From assembly GCA_051313645.2 (NCBI GenBank), contig JBNRSN020000358.1:310001-374000 (forward strand): a DNA stretch of 64,000 nucleotides, read 5' to 3'. The notes below the pieces were generated by a model. It saw only the letters and a list, made by a program, of their open reading frames with translations, did no database searches and was not told the origin of the DNA. The position numbers and the translations under genes were made by a program. Below are positions 31,401 to 43,955 of the stretch, piece by piece (the stretch's first letter is position 1; every line of letters begins with the position of its first letter). Source of the stretch: Centroscyllium fabricii (lineage: Eukaryota).

Positions 31401-34400
31401 CTTTTCTCTCGCTCTTTTCTCTCGCTCTTTCCTCTCGCTCGTCTCTCTCGCTCTTTACACTCGCTCTTTCCTCTCGCTCTTTTCTCTCGCTCTTTTCTCT
31501 CGCTCTTTCCTCTCGCTCTTTTCTCTCGCTCTTTTCTCTCGCTCTTTCCTCTCTCTCTTTTCTCTCGCTCTTTTCTCTCCCTCTTTCCTCTCGCTCTTTT
31601 CTCTCGCTCCGCTCTCGCTCTTTATCTTTTCTCTTGCTCTTTCCTCTCGCTCGTCTCTCTCGCTCTTTACACTCACTCTTTCCTCTCGCTCTTTTCTCTC
31701 GCTCTTTTCTCTCGCTCTTTCCTCTCGCTCGTCTCTCTCGCTCTTTACACTCACTCTTTCCTCTCGCTCTTTTCTCTCGCTCTTTTCTCTCGCTCTTTCC
31801 TCTCGCTCGTCTCTCTCGCTCTTTTCTCTCGCTCTTTTCTCTCGCTCTTTTCTCTCGCTCTTTTCTCTCGCTCTTTCCTCTCGCTCTTTTCTCTCGCTCT
31901 TTTCTCTCGCTCTTTTCTCTCGCTCTTTTCTCTCGCTCTTTACACTCACTCTTTCCTCTCGCTCTTTTCTCTCGCTCTTTTTTCTCTCTGCTCTAACTTT
32001 TCTCTCGCTCTTTTCTCTCGCTCTTTTTTCTCTCTGCTCTAACTTTTCTCTCGCTCTTTTCTCACGCTCTTTTCTCTCGCTCTTTCCTCTCGCTCGTCTC
32101 TCTCGCTCTTTTCTCTCGCTCTTTTCTCTCGCTCTTTTCTCTCGCTCTTTTCTCTCGCTCTTTTTTCTCTCTCTTTTCTCTCTTTTCTCGCTCTTTTCTC
32201 TCTCTCTTTTCTCTCTCTCTTTTCTCTCGCTCTTTTCTCTCGCTCTTTTCTCTCTCTCTTTTCTCTCGCACTTTTCTCTCTTTTCTCTCGCTTTTCTCTC
32301 GCTCTTTTCTCTCTCTCGCTCTTTTCTCTCGCTCTTTTCTCTCGCTCTTTTCTCTCTCTCTTTTCTCTCGCACTTTTCTCTCTTTTCTCTCGCTCTTTTC
32401 TCGCTCTTTTCTCTCGCACTTTTCTCTCGCTCTTTTCTCTCGCTCTTTCCTCTTGCTCGTCTCTCTCGCTCTTTTCTCTCGCTCTTTTCTCCCTCTCTTT
32501 TCTCTCGCTCTTTTCTCTCGCTCTTTTCTCTCGCTCTTTTCTCTCTTTTCTCGCTCTTTTCTCTCTCTCTTTTCTCTCGCTCTTTTCTCTCGCTCTTTTC
32601 TCCCGCTCTTTTCTCTCGCTCTTTTCTCTCGCTCTTTTCTCTCTTTTCTCGCTCTTTTCTCTCTCTCTTTTCTCTCGCTCTTTTCTCTCGCTCTTTTCTC
32701 CCGCTCTTTTCTCTCGCTCTTTTCTCTCGCTCTTTTCTCGCTCTTTTCTCTCGCTCTTTTCTCCCTCTCTTTTCTCTCGCTCTTTTCTCTCGCTCTTTTC
32801 TCGCTCTTTTCTCTCGCTCTTTTCTCCCGCTCTTTTCTCTCGCTCTTTTCTCTCGCTCTTTTCTCGCTCTTTTCTCTCGCTCTTTTCTCCCTCTCTTTAC
32901 TCTCGCTCTTTTCTCTCGCTCTTTTCTCTTGCTCCACACTCTCTTTCCTCTCGCTCTTTCCTCTCTCTTATCCCTCGCTCTTTTCTCTCGCTCTTTTCTC
33001 TCGCTCTTTTCTCTCGCTCTTTCCTCTCGCTCTTTTCTCTCTCTTATCCCTCGCTCTTTACTCTCGCTCTTTTCTCTCGCTCTTTTCTCTTGCTCCACAC
33101 TCTCTTTCCTCTCGCTCTTTTCTCTCTCTTATCCCTCGCTCTTTTCTCTCGCTCTTTCCTCTCGCTCTTTTCTCTCTCTTATCCCTCGCTCTTTCCTCTC
33201 GCTCTTTTCTCTCGCTCTTTTCTCTCTCTCTTTTCTCTCGCTCTTTTCTCTCTCTCTTTTCTCGCTCTTTTCTCTCGCTTTTTTCTCTCTCTCTTTCCTC
33301 TCGCTCTTTTCTCTCGCTCTTTTCCCTCGCTCCGCTCTCGCTCTTTTTCTTTTCTCTCGCTCTTTTCTCTCGCTCCACTCACGCTCTTTTCTCTCGCTCC
33401 ACTCTCGCCCTTTTCTCTCGCTCTTTTCTCTCGCTCTTTTCTCTCGCTCTTTTCTCTCGCTCTTTTCTCACGCTCTTTTCTCTCGCTCTTTTCTCTCGCT
33501 CATTTCTCTCGCTCATTTTTCTCGCTCTTTTCTCTCTCTTATCCCTCGCTCTTTTCTCTCGCTCTTTTCTCTCTCTTATCCCTCGCTCTTTTCTCTCGCT
33601 CTTTTCTCTCGCTCTTTTCTCTCGCTCTTTTCTCTCGCTCTTTTCTCTCGCTCTTTTCTCTCGCTCTTTTCTCACGCTCTTTTCTCACGCTCTTTTCTCT
33701 CGCTCTTTTCTCTCGCTCCACTCTCACTCTTTTCTCTCGCTCTTTAATCTCACTCTTTAATCTCACTCTTTTCTCTCGCTCCACTCTCACTCTTTTCTCT
33801 CGCTCTTTAATCTCACTCTTTAATCTCACTCTTTTCTCTCGCTCTTTTCTCTCGCTCGTCTCTCTCGCTCTTTACACTCACTCTTTCCTCTCGCTCTTTT
33901 CTCTCGCTCTTTTCTCTCGCTCTTTCCTCTCGCTTGTCTCTCTCACTCTTTCCTCTCGCTCTTTTCTCTCGCTCTTTTCTCTTTTCTCTCTCTCTTTTCC
34001 CTCGCTCTTTTCTCTCTCTTTCCTCTCGCTCTTTTCTCTCGCTCTTTTCTCTCGCTCTTTTCTCGCTCTTTTCTCTCGCTCTTTTCTCTCGCTTTTTTCT
34101 CTCTCTCTTTCCTCTCGCTCTTTTCTCTCGCTCGTCTCTCTCGCTCTTTTCTCTCGCTCTTTTCCCTCGCTCCGCTCTCGCTCATTTTCTTTTCTCTTGC
34201 TCTTTCCTCTCGCTCGTCTCTCTCGCTCTTTACACTCACTCTTTCCTCTCGCTCTTTTCTCTCGCTCTTTCCTCTCGCTCGTCTCTCTCGCTCTTTTCTC
34301 TCGCTCTTTCCTCTCGCTCTTTTCTCTCGCTCTTTCCTCTCGCTCTTTTCTCTCGCTCTTTTCTCTCGCTCTTTCCTCTCGCTCGTCTCTCTCGCTCTTT

Positions 34401-37400
34401 TCTCTCGCTCTTTCCTCTCGCTCTTTTCTCTCGCTCTTTTCTCTCGCTCTTTTCTCTCGCTCTTTCCTCTCGCTCGTCTCTCTCGCTCTTTTCTCTCGCT
34501 CTTTTCTCTCGCTCTTTTCTCTCGCTCTTTTCACTCACTCTTTTCTCTCGCTATTTTTTCTCTCTCTTTTCTCTCTTTTCTCGCTCTTTTCTCTCGCTCT
34601 TTTCTCTCGCTCTTTTCTCTCTCTCTTTTCTCTCTCTCTTTTCTCTCGCTCTTTTCTCTCGCTCTTTTCTCTCGCTTTTCTCTCTCTCTTTTCTCTCGCT
34701 CTTTTCTCTCGCTCTTTTCTCGTGCTCCACTCTCTCTTTTCTCTCTCTCTTTTCTCTCGCTCTTTTCTCTCGCTCTTTTCTCTCGCTCTTTTCTCTCTCT
34801 CTTTTCTCTCGCTCTTTTCTCTCGCTCTTTGCTCTCTCTTTCCTCTCGCTCTTTTCTCTCGCTCTTTTCTCTCTCTCTTTCCTCTCGCTCTTTCCTCCCG
34901 CTCTTTTCTCTCGCTCTTTTCTCTCGCTCTTTTCTCTCGCTCTTTTCTCTCGCTCTTTTCTCTCGCTCTTTTCTCTCGCTCTTTCCTCTCGCTCGTCTCT
35001 CTCGCTCTTTACACTCACTCTTTCCTCTCGCTCTTTTCTCTCGCTCTTTTCTCTCGCTCTTTTCTCTCGCTCTTTTTTCTCTCTGCTCTCACTTTTCTCT
35101 CGCTCGTCTCTCTCGCTCTTTTCTCTCGCTCTTTTCTCTCGCTCTTTTCTCTCGCTCTTTTCACTCACTCTTTTCTCTCGCTCTTTTTTCTCTCTCTTTT
35201 CTCTCTTTTCTCGCTCTTTTCTCTCGCTCTTTTCTCTCGCTCTTTTCTCTCGCTTTTCTCTCTCTCTTTTCTCTCGCTCTTTTCTCTCGCTCTTTTCTCG
35301 TGCTCCACTCTCTCTTTTCTCTCGCTCTTTTCTCTCGCTCTTTTCTCTCGCTCTTTTCTCTCGTTCTTTTCTCTCGCTCTTTTCTCTCGCTCTTTTCTCT
35401 CCCTTTTCTCTCGCTCTTTTCTCTCGCTCGTTTCTTTCGCTCTTTTCTCTCTCTCTTTGCTCTCTCTTTCCTCTCGCTCTTTTCTCTCGCTCTTTTCTCT
35501 CTCTCTTTTCTCTCTCTCTTTCCTCTCGCTCTTTTCTCCCGCTCTTTTCTCTCGCTCTTTTCTCTCGCTCTTTTCTCTCGCTCTTTTCTCTCGCTCTTTC
35601 TCACTCTTTTCTCTCGCTCTTTTCTCTCGCTCTTTTCTCTCGCTCTTTTCTCTCCCTTTTCTCTCGCTCTTTTCTCTCGCTCGTTTCTTTCGCTCTTTTC
35701 TCGCTCTCTTTTCTCTCTCTCTTTCCTCTCGCTCTTTTCTCTCGCTCTTTTCTCTCTCTCTTTCCTCTAGCTCTTTTCTCTCGCTCTTTTCTCTCGCTCT
35801 TTTCTCTCGCTCTTTCTCGCTCTTTTCTCTCGCTCTTTTCTCTCGCTCTTTTCTCTCGCTCCACTCTCGCTCTTTAACCTCGCTCTTTAACCTCGCTCTT
35901 TTCTCTCGCTCTTTTCTCTCGCTCTTTTCACTCGCTCTTTTCTCTCGCTCCACTCTCGCTCTTTTCTCTCGCTCTATTATCTCGCTCTTTTCTCTCGCCC
36001 TTTTCACTCGCTCTTTTCCCTCGCTCCACTCTCGCTCTTTTCTCTCGCTCTTTTCTCTCGCTCTTTTCTCTCGCTCTTTTCACTCGCTCTTTTCTCTCGC
36101 TCTTTTCTCTCGCTCTATTATCTCGCTCTTTTCTCTCGCTCTTTTCTCTCGCTCTTTTCTCTCGCTCTTTTCTCGTGCTCCACTCTCGCTCTTTTCTCTC
36201 GCTCTTCTCTCGCTCTTTTCTCTCGCTCTTTTCTCTCGCTCTTTTCCCTCGCTCTTTTCTCTCGCTCTTTTCTCTCGCTCTTTTCCCTCGCTCTTTTCTC
36301 TCGCTCTTTTCTCTCGCTCCACTGTCGCTCTTTTCTCTCGCTGTTCTCGCTCTCTTTTCTCTCGCTCTTTAATCTCGCTCTTTTCCCTCGCTCTTTTCAC
36401 TCGCTCTTTTCTCTCGCTCCACTCTCGCTCTTTTCCCTCGCTCTTTTCTCTCGCTCTTTTCCCTCGCTCTTTTCCCTCGCTCTTTTCCCTCGCTCTTTTC
36501 TCTCGCTCTTTTCTCTCACTCTTTTCTCTCGCTCTTTTCTCGCTCTTTTCTCTCGCTCTTTTCTCTAGCTCCACTCTCACTCTTTTCTCTCGCTCTTTTC
36601 TCTCGCTCTTTTCTCTCGCTCATTTCTCTCGCTCATTTTTCTCGCTCTTTTCTCTCGCTCTTTTCTCTCGCTCTTTTCTCTCGCTCTTTTCTCTCGCTCA
36701 TTTCTCTCGCTCTTTCCTCTCGCTCTTTCCTCTCGCTCCTTTCTCTCGCTCTTTTCTCTCGCTCATTTCTCTCGCTCTTTTCTCTCGCTCTTTTCTCTCG
36801 CTCTTTTCTCTCGCTCTTTTCTCACGCTCTTTTCTCACGCTCTTTTCTCTCGCTCCACTCTCACTCTTTTCTCTCGCTCTTTAATCTCACTCTTTAATCT
36901 CACTCTTTTCTCTCGCTCTTCTCTCGCTCTTTCCTCTCGCTCGTCTCTCTCGCTCTTTACACTCACTCTTTCCTCTCGCTCTTTTCTCTCGCTCTTTCCT
37001 CTCGCTCTTTTCTCTCGCTCTTTTCTCTCGCTCTTTTCTCTCGCTCTTTCCTCTCGCTCGTCTCTCTCGCTCTTTTCTCTCGCTCTTTTCTCTCGCTCTT
37101 TTCTCTCGCTCTTTTCTCTCGCTCTTTCCTCTCGCTCTTTTCTCTCGCTCTTTTCTCTCGCTCTTTTCTCTCGCTCGTCTCTCTCGCTCTTTACACTCAC
37201 TCTTTCCTCTCGCTCTTTTCTCTCGCTCTTTTCTCTCGCTCTTTTTTCTCTCTGCTCTCACTTTTCTCTCTTTTCTCTCGCTCTTTTCTCTCTCTCTTTC
37301 CTCTCGCTCGTCTCTCTCGCTCTTTTCTCTCGCTCTTTTCTCTCGCTCTTTTTTCTCTCTCTTTTCTCGCTCTTTTCTCTCGCTCTTTTCGCTCGCTCTT

Positions 37401-40400
37401 TTCTCTCGCTCCTTTCTCTCGCTCTTTTCTCTCGCTTTTCTCTCTCTCTTTTCTCTCGCTCTTTTCTCTCGCTTTTCTCTCTCTCTTTTCTCTCGCTCTT
37501 TTCTCATGCTCCACTCTCTCTTTTCTCTCGCTCTTTTCTCTCGCTCTTTTCTCATGCTCCACTCTCTCTTTTCTCTCTCTCTTTTCTCTCGCTCTTTTCT
37601 CTCGCTCTTTTCTCTCGCTCTTTTCTCTCGCTCGTTTCTTTCGCTCTTTTCTCTCTCTCTTTTCTCTCGCTCTTTTCTCTCGCTCTTTGCTCTCTCTTTC
37701 CTCTCGCTCTTTTCTCTCGCTCTTTTCTCTCTCTCTTTCCTCTCGCTCTTTTCTCCCGCTCTTTTCTCTCGCTCTTTTCTCTCGCTCTTTTCTCTCGCTC
37801 TTTTCTCTCGCTGTTTCTCACTCTTTTCTCTCGCTCTTTTCTCTTGCTCTTTTCTCTCGCTCCACTCTCGCTCTTTCCTGTCGCTCTTTAACCTCGCTCT
37901 TTTCTCTCGCTCCACTCTCGCTTTCCTGTCGCTCTTTTCTCTCTCTTTTCTCCCTCTCTTTTCTCTCGCTCTTTTCTCTCGCACTTTTCTCTCTTTTCTC
38001 TCTCTCTTTTCTCTCGCTCTTTTCTCTCGCTCTTTTCTCTCGCTCTTTTCTCTCACTTTTTTCTCTCTCTCTTTTCTCTCGCTCTTTTCTCTCGCTCCAC
38101 TCTCGCTCTTTTCTCTCGCTCTTTTCTCTCGCCCTTTTCACTCGCTCTTTTCTCTCGCTCTTTTCTCTCGCTCTTTTCTCTCGCTCTTTTCTCGTGCTCC
38201 ACTCTCGCTCTTTTCTCTCGCTCCGCTCTCGCTCTTTTTCTTTTCTCTCGTTGCTCCACACTCTTTTCCCTCGCTCTTTTCTCTCGCTCTTTTCTCTCAC
38301 TCTTTTCTCTCGCTCTTTTCCCTCGCTCTTTTCCCTCGCTCTTTTCTCTCGCTCCACTCTCGCTCTTTTCTCTCGCTCCGCTCTCGCTCTTTTTCTTTTC
38401 TCTCGTTGCTCCACACTCTTTTCCCTCGCTCTTTTCTCTCGCTCTTTTCCCTCGCTCTTTTCTCTCGCTCTTTTCTCTCGCTCTTTTCCCTCGCTCTTTT
38501 CTCTCGCTCTTTTCTCTCGCTCCACTGTCGCTCTTTTCTCTCGCTGTTCTCGCTCTCTTTTCTCTCGCTCTTTAATCTCGCTCTTTTCCCTCGCTCTTTT
38601 CTCTCGCTCTTTTCCCTCGCTCTTTTCTCTCGCTCTTTTCTCTCGCTCTTTTCTCTCGCTCCACTGTCGCTCTTTTCTCTCGCTGTGCTCGCTCTCTTTT
38701 CTCTCGCTCTTTAATCTCGCTCTTTTCCCTCGCTCTTTTCTCTCGCTCTTTTCCCTCGCTCTTTTCTCTCGCTCTTTTCTCTCGCTCCACTCTCGCTCTT
38801 TTCTCTCGCTCCGCTCTCACTCTTTTTCTTTTCTCTCGTTGCTCCACCCTCTTTTCCCTCGCTCTTTTCTCGCTCTTTTCTCACGCTCTTTAATCTCGCT
38901 CTTTTATCTCGCTCTTTAATCTTACTCCGCTCTCGCTCTTTTCTCTCTTTTCTCTCGCTCTTTTCTCTCGCTCTTTTCTCTCGCTCTTTTCTCTCGCACT
39001 TTTCTCTCTTTTCTCTCGCTCTTTTCTCTCTCTCTTTTCTCTCGCTCATTTTTCTCGCTCTTTACTCTCGCTCTTTTCTCTCTCTCTTTTCTCTCTCTCT
39101 TATCTCTCGCTCTTTTCTCTCGCTCTTTTCTCTCTCTTTTCTCTTTTCTCTCTCTCTTTTCTCTCTCTCTTTTCTCTCGCTCATTTTTCTCGCTCTTTCC
39201 TCTCGCTCTTTCCTCTCGCTCTTTTCTCCCGCTCTTTTCTCTCGCTCTTTTCTCTCGCTCTTTTCTCTCGCTCGTTTCTTTCGCTCTTTTCTCTCTCTCT
39301 TTGCTCTCTCTTTCCTCTCGCTCTTTTCTCTCGCTCTTTTCTCTCTCTCTTTCCTCTCGCTCTTTCCTCCGGCTCTTTTCTCTCGCTCTTTTCTCTCGCT
39401 CTTTTCTCTCGCTCTTTCTCACTCTTTTCTCTCGCTCTTTTCTCTCGCTCTTTTCTCTCGCTCTTTTCTCTCCCTTTTCTCTCGCTCTTTTCTCTCGCTC
39501 TTTTCTCTCGCTCTTTTCTCTCGCTCTTTCCTCTCGCTCTTTTCTCTCGCTCTTTTCTCTCTCTCTTTCCTCTCGCTCTTTTCTCTCGCTCTTTTCTCTC
39601 GCTCTTTCCTCTCGCTCTTTTCTCTCGCTCTTTTCTCTCTCTCTTTCCTCTCGCTCTTTTCTCTCGCTCTTTTCTCTCGCTCTTTCTCGCTCTTTTCTCT
39701 CGCTCTTTTCTCTCGCTCTTTTCCCTCGCTCTTTTCTCTCGCTCTTTTCTCTCGCTCTTTTCTCTCGCTCCACTGTCGCTCTTTTCTCTCGCTGTTCTCG
39801 CTCTCTTTTCTCTCGCTCTTTAATCTCGCTCTTTTCCCTCGCTCTTTTCACTCGCTCTTTTCTCTCGCTCCACTCTCGCTCTTTTCCCTCGCTCTTTTCT
39901 CTCGCTCTTTTCCCTCGCTCTTTTCCCTCGCTCTTTTCCCTCGCTCTTTTCTCTCGCTCTTTTCTCTCACTCTTTTCTCTCGCTCTTTTCTCGCTCTTTT
40001 CTCTCGCTCTTTTCTCTCGCTCTTTTCTCTAGCTCCACTCTCACTCTTTTCTCTCGCTCTTTTCTCTCGCTCTTTTCTCTCGCTCATTTCTCTCGCTCAT
40101 TTTTCTCGCTCTTTTCTCTCGCTCTTTTCTCTCGCTCTTTTCTCTCGCTCTTTTCTCTCGCTCATTTCTCTCGCTCTTTCCTCTCGCTCTTTCCTCTCGC
40201 TCCTTTCTCTCGCTCTTTTCTCTCGCTCATCTCTCTCGCTCTTTTCTCTCGCTCTTTTCTCTCGCTCTTTTCTCTCGCTCTTTTCTCTCGCTCTTTTCTC
40301 TCGCTCTTTTCTCACGCTCTTTTCTCACGCTCTTTTCTCTCGCTCCACTCTCACTCTTTTCTCTCGCTCTTTAATCTCACTCTTTAATCTCACTCTTTTC

Positions 40401-43400
40401 TCTCGCTCTTCTCTCGCTCTTTCCTCTCGCTCGTCTCTCTCGCTCTTTACACTCACTCTTTCCTCTCGCTCTTTTCTCTCGCTCTTTCCTCTCGCTCTTT
40501 TCTCTCGCTCTTTTCTCTCGCTCTTTTCTCTCGCTCTTTCCTCTCGCTCGTCTCTCTCGCTCTTTTCTCTCGCTCTTTTCTCTCGCTCTTTTCTCTCGCT
40601 CTTTCCTCTCGCTCTTTTCTCTCGCTCTTTTCTCTCGCTCTTTTCTCTCGCTCGTCTCTCTCGCTCTTTACACTCACTCTTTCCTCTGGCTCTTTTCTCT
40701 CGCTCTTTTCTCTCGCTCTTTTTTCTCTCTGCTCTCACTTTTCTCTCTTTTCTCTCGCTCTTTTCTCTCTCTCTTTCCTCTCGCTCTTTTCTCTCGCTCT
40801 TTTCTCTCGCTCTTTTTTCTCTCTCTTTTCTCTCTTTTCTCGCTCTTTTCTCTCGCTCTTTTCGCTCGCTCTTTTCTCTCGCTCTTTTCTCTCGCTCTTT
40901 TCTCTCGCTTTTCTCTCTCTCTTTTCTCTCGCTCTTTTCTCTCGCTTTTCTCTCTCTCTTTTCTCTCGCTCTTTTCTCATGCTCCACTCTCTCTTTTCTC
41001 TCGCTCTTTTCTCATGCTCCACTCTCTCTTTTCTCTCTCTCTTTTCTCTCGCTCTTTTCTCTCGCTCTTTTCTCTCGCTCTTTTCTCTCGCTCGTTTCTT
41101 TCGCTCTTTTCTCTCTCTCTTTTCTCTCGCTCTTTTCTCTCGCTCTTTGCTCTCTCTTTCCTCTCGCTCTTTTCTCTCGCTCTTTTCTCTCTCTCTTTCC
41201 TCTCGCTCTTTTCTCCCGCTCTTTTCTCTCGCTCTTTTCTCTCGCTCTTTTCTCTCGCTCTTTTCTCTCGCTCTTTTCTCTCGCTGTTTCTCACTCTTTT
41301 CTCTCGCTCTTTTCTCTTGCTCTTTTCTCTCGCTCCACTCTCGCTCTTTCCTGTCGCTCTTTAACCTCGCTCTTTTCTCTCGCTCCACTCTCGCTTTCCT
41401 GTCGCTCTTTTCTCTCTCTTTTCTCCCTCTCTTTTCTCTCGCTCTTTTCTCTCGCACTTTTCTCTCTTTTCTCTCTCTCTTTTCTCTCGCTCTTTTCTCT
41501 CGCTCTTTTCTCTCGCTCTTTTCTCTCTCTCTTTTCTCTCGCTCTTTTCTCTCGCTCCACTCTCGCTCTTTTCTCTCGCTCTTTTCTCTCGCCCTTTTCA
41601 CTCGCTCTTTTCACTCGCTCTTTTCTCTCGCTCTTTTCTCTCGCTCTTTTCTCTCGCTCTTTTCTCGTGCTCCACTCTCGCTCTTTTCTCTCGCTCCGCT
41701 CTCGCTCTTTTTCTTTTCTCTCGTTGCTCCACACTCTTTTCCCTCGCTCTTTTCTCTCGCTCTTTTCTCTCACTCTTTTCTCTCGCTCTTTTCCCTCGCT
41801 CTTTTCTCTCGCTCCACTCTCGCTCTTTTCTCTCGCTCCGCTCTCGCTCTTTTTCTTTTCTCTCGTTGCTCCACACTCTTTTCCCTCGCTCTTTTCTCTC
41901 GCTCTTTTCCCTCGCTCTTTTCTCTCGCTCTTTTCTCTCGCTCTTTTCCCTCGCTCTTTTCTCTCGCTCTTTTCTCTCGCTCCACTGTCGCTCTTTTCTC
42001 TCGCTGTTCTCGCTCTCTTTTCTCTCGCTCTTTAATCTCGCTCTTTTCCCTCGCTCTTTTCTCTCGCTCTTTTCCCTCGCTCTTTTCTCTCGCTCTTTTC
42101 TCTCGCTCTTTTCTCTCGCTCCACTGTCGCTCTTTTCTCTCGCTGTGCTCGCTCTCTTTTCTCTCGCTCTTTAATCTCGCTCTTTTCCCTCGCTCTTTTC
42201 TCTCGCTCTTTTCCCTCGCTCTTTTCTCTCGCTCTTTTCTCTCGCTCCACTCTCGCTCTTTTCTCTCGCTCCGCTCTCACTCTTTTTCTTTTCTCTCGTT
42301 GCTCCACCCTCTTTTCCCTCGCTCTTTTCTCGCTCTTTTCTCACGCTCTTTAATCTCGCTCTTTTATCTCGCTCTTTAATCTTACTCCGCTCTCGCTCTT
42401 TTCTCTCTTTTCTCTCGCTCTTTTCTCTCGCTCTTTTCTCTCGCTCTTTTCTCTCGCTCTTTTCTCTCGCACTTTTCTCTCTTTTCTCTCGCTCTTTTCT
42501 CTCTCTCTTTTCTCTCGCTCATTTTTCTCGCTCTTTACTCTCGCTCTTTTCTCTCTCTCTTTTCTCTCTCTCTTATCTCTCGCTCTTTTCTCTCGCTCTT
42601 TTCTCTCTCTTTTCTCTTTTCTCTCTCTCTTTTCTCTCTCTCTTTTCTCTCGCTCATTTTTCTCGCTCTTTCCTCTCGCTCTTTCCTCTCGCTCTTTTCT
42701 CCCGCTCTTTTCTCTCGCTCTTTTCTCTCGCTCTTTTCTCTCGCTCGTTTCTTTCGCTCTTTTCTCTCTCTCTTTGCTCTCTCTTTCCTCTCGCTCTTTT
42801 CTCTCGCTCTTTTCTCTCTCTCTTTCCTCTCGCTCTTTCCTCCGGCTCTTTTCTCTCGCTCTTTTCTCTCGCTCTTTTCTCTCGCTCTTTCTCACTCTTT
42901 TCTCTCGCTCTTTTCTCTCGCTCTTTTCTCTCGCTCTTTTCTCTCCCTTTTCTCTCGCTCTTTTCTCTCGCTCTTTTCTCTCGCTCTTTTCTCTCGCTCT
43001 TTCCTCTCGCTCTTTTCTCTCGCTCTTTTCTCTCTCTCTTTCCTCTCGCTCTTTTCTCTCGCTCTTTTCTCTCGCTCTTTCCTCTCGCTCTTTTCTCTCG
43101 CTCTTTTCTCTCTCTCTTTCCTCTCGCTCTTTTCTCTCGCTCTTTTCTCTCGCTCTTTCTCGCTCTTTTCTCTCGCTCTTTTCTCTCGCTCCACTCTCGC
43201 TCTTTCCTCTCGCTCTTTAACCTCGCTCTTTTCTCTCGCACTTTTCTCTCGCTCTTTTCACTCGCTCTTTTCTCTCGCTCCACTCTCGCTCTTTTCTCTC
43301 GCTCTATTATCTCGCTCTTTTCTCTCGCCCTTTTCACTCGCTCTTTTCTCTCGCTCCACTCTCGCTCTTTTCTCTCGCTCTTTTCTCTCGCTCTTTTCTC

Positions 43401-43955
43401 TCGCTCTTTTCTCTCGCTCTTTTCACTCGCTCTTTTCTCTCGCTCCACTCTCGCTCTTTTCTCTCGCTCTATTATCTCGCTCTTTTCTCTCGCTCTTTTC
43501 TCTCGCTCTTTTCTCTCGCTCTTTTCTCGTGCTCCACTCTCGCTCTTTTCTCTCGCTCTTCTCTCGCTCTTTTTCTTTTCTCTCGTTGCTCCACACTCCT
43601 TTCCCTCGCTCTTTTCTCTCGCTCTTTTCTCACGCTCTTTTCTCTCGCTCTTTTCCCTCGCTCTTTTCTCTCGCTCTTTTCTCTCGCTCTTTTCCCTCGC
43701 TCTTTTCTCTCGCTCTTTTCTCTCGCTCTTTTCTCTCGCTCCACTGTCGCTCTTTTCTCTCGCTGTTCTCGCTCTCTTTTCTCTCGCTCTTTAATCTCGC
43801 TCTTTTCCCTCGCTCTTTTCACTCGCTCTTTTCTCTCGCTCCACTCTCGCTCTTTTCTCTCGCTCTTTTCTCTCGCTCTTTTCCCTCGCTCTTTTCACTC
43901 GCTCTTTTCTCTCGCTCCACTCTCGCTCTTTTCTCTCGCTCTTTTCTCTCGCTCT
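25411..43955. repeat. ~18.5-kb higher-order block, copy 2 (boundaries approximate)
   Basis: Collinear with copy 1 at offsets of 18,370-18,559 bp. Confidence 0.9.
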
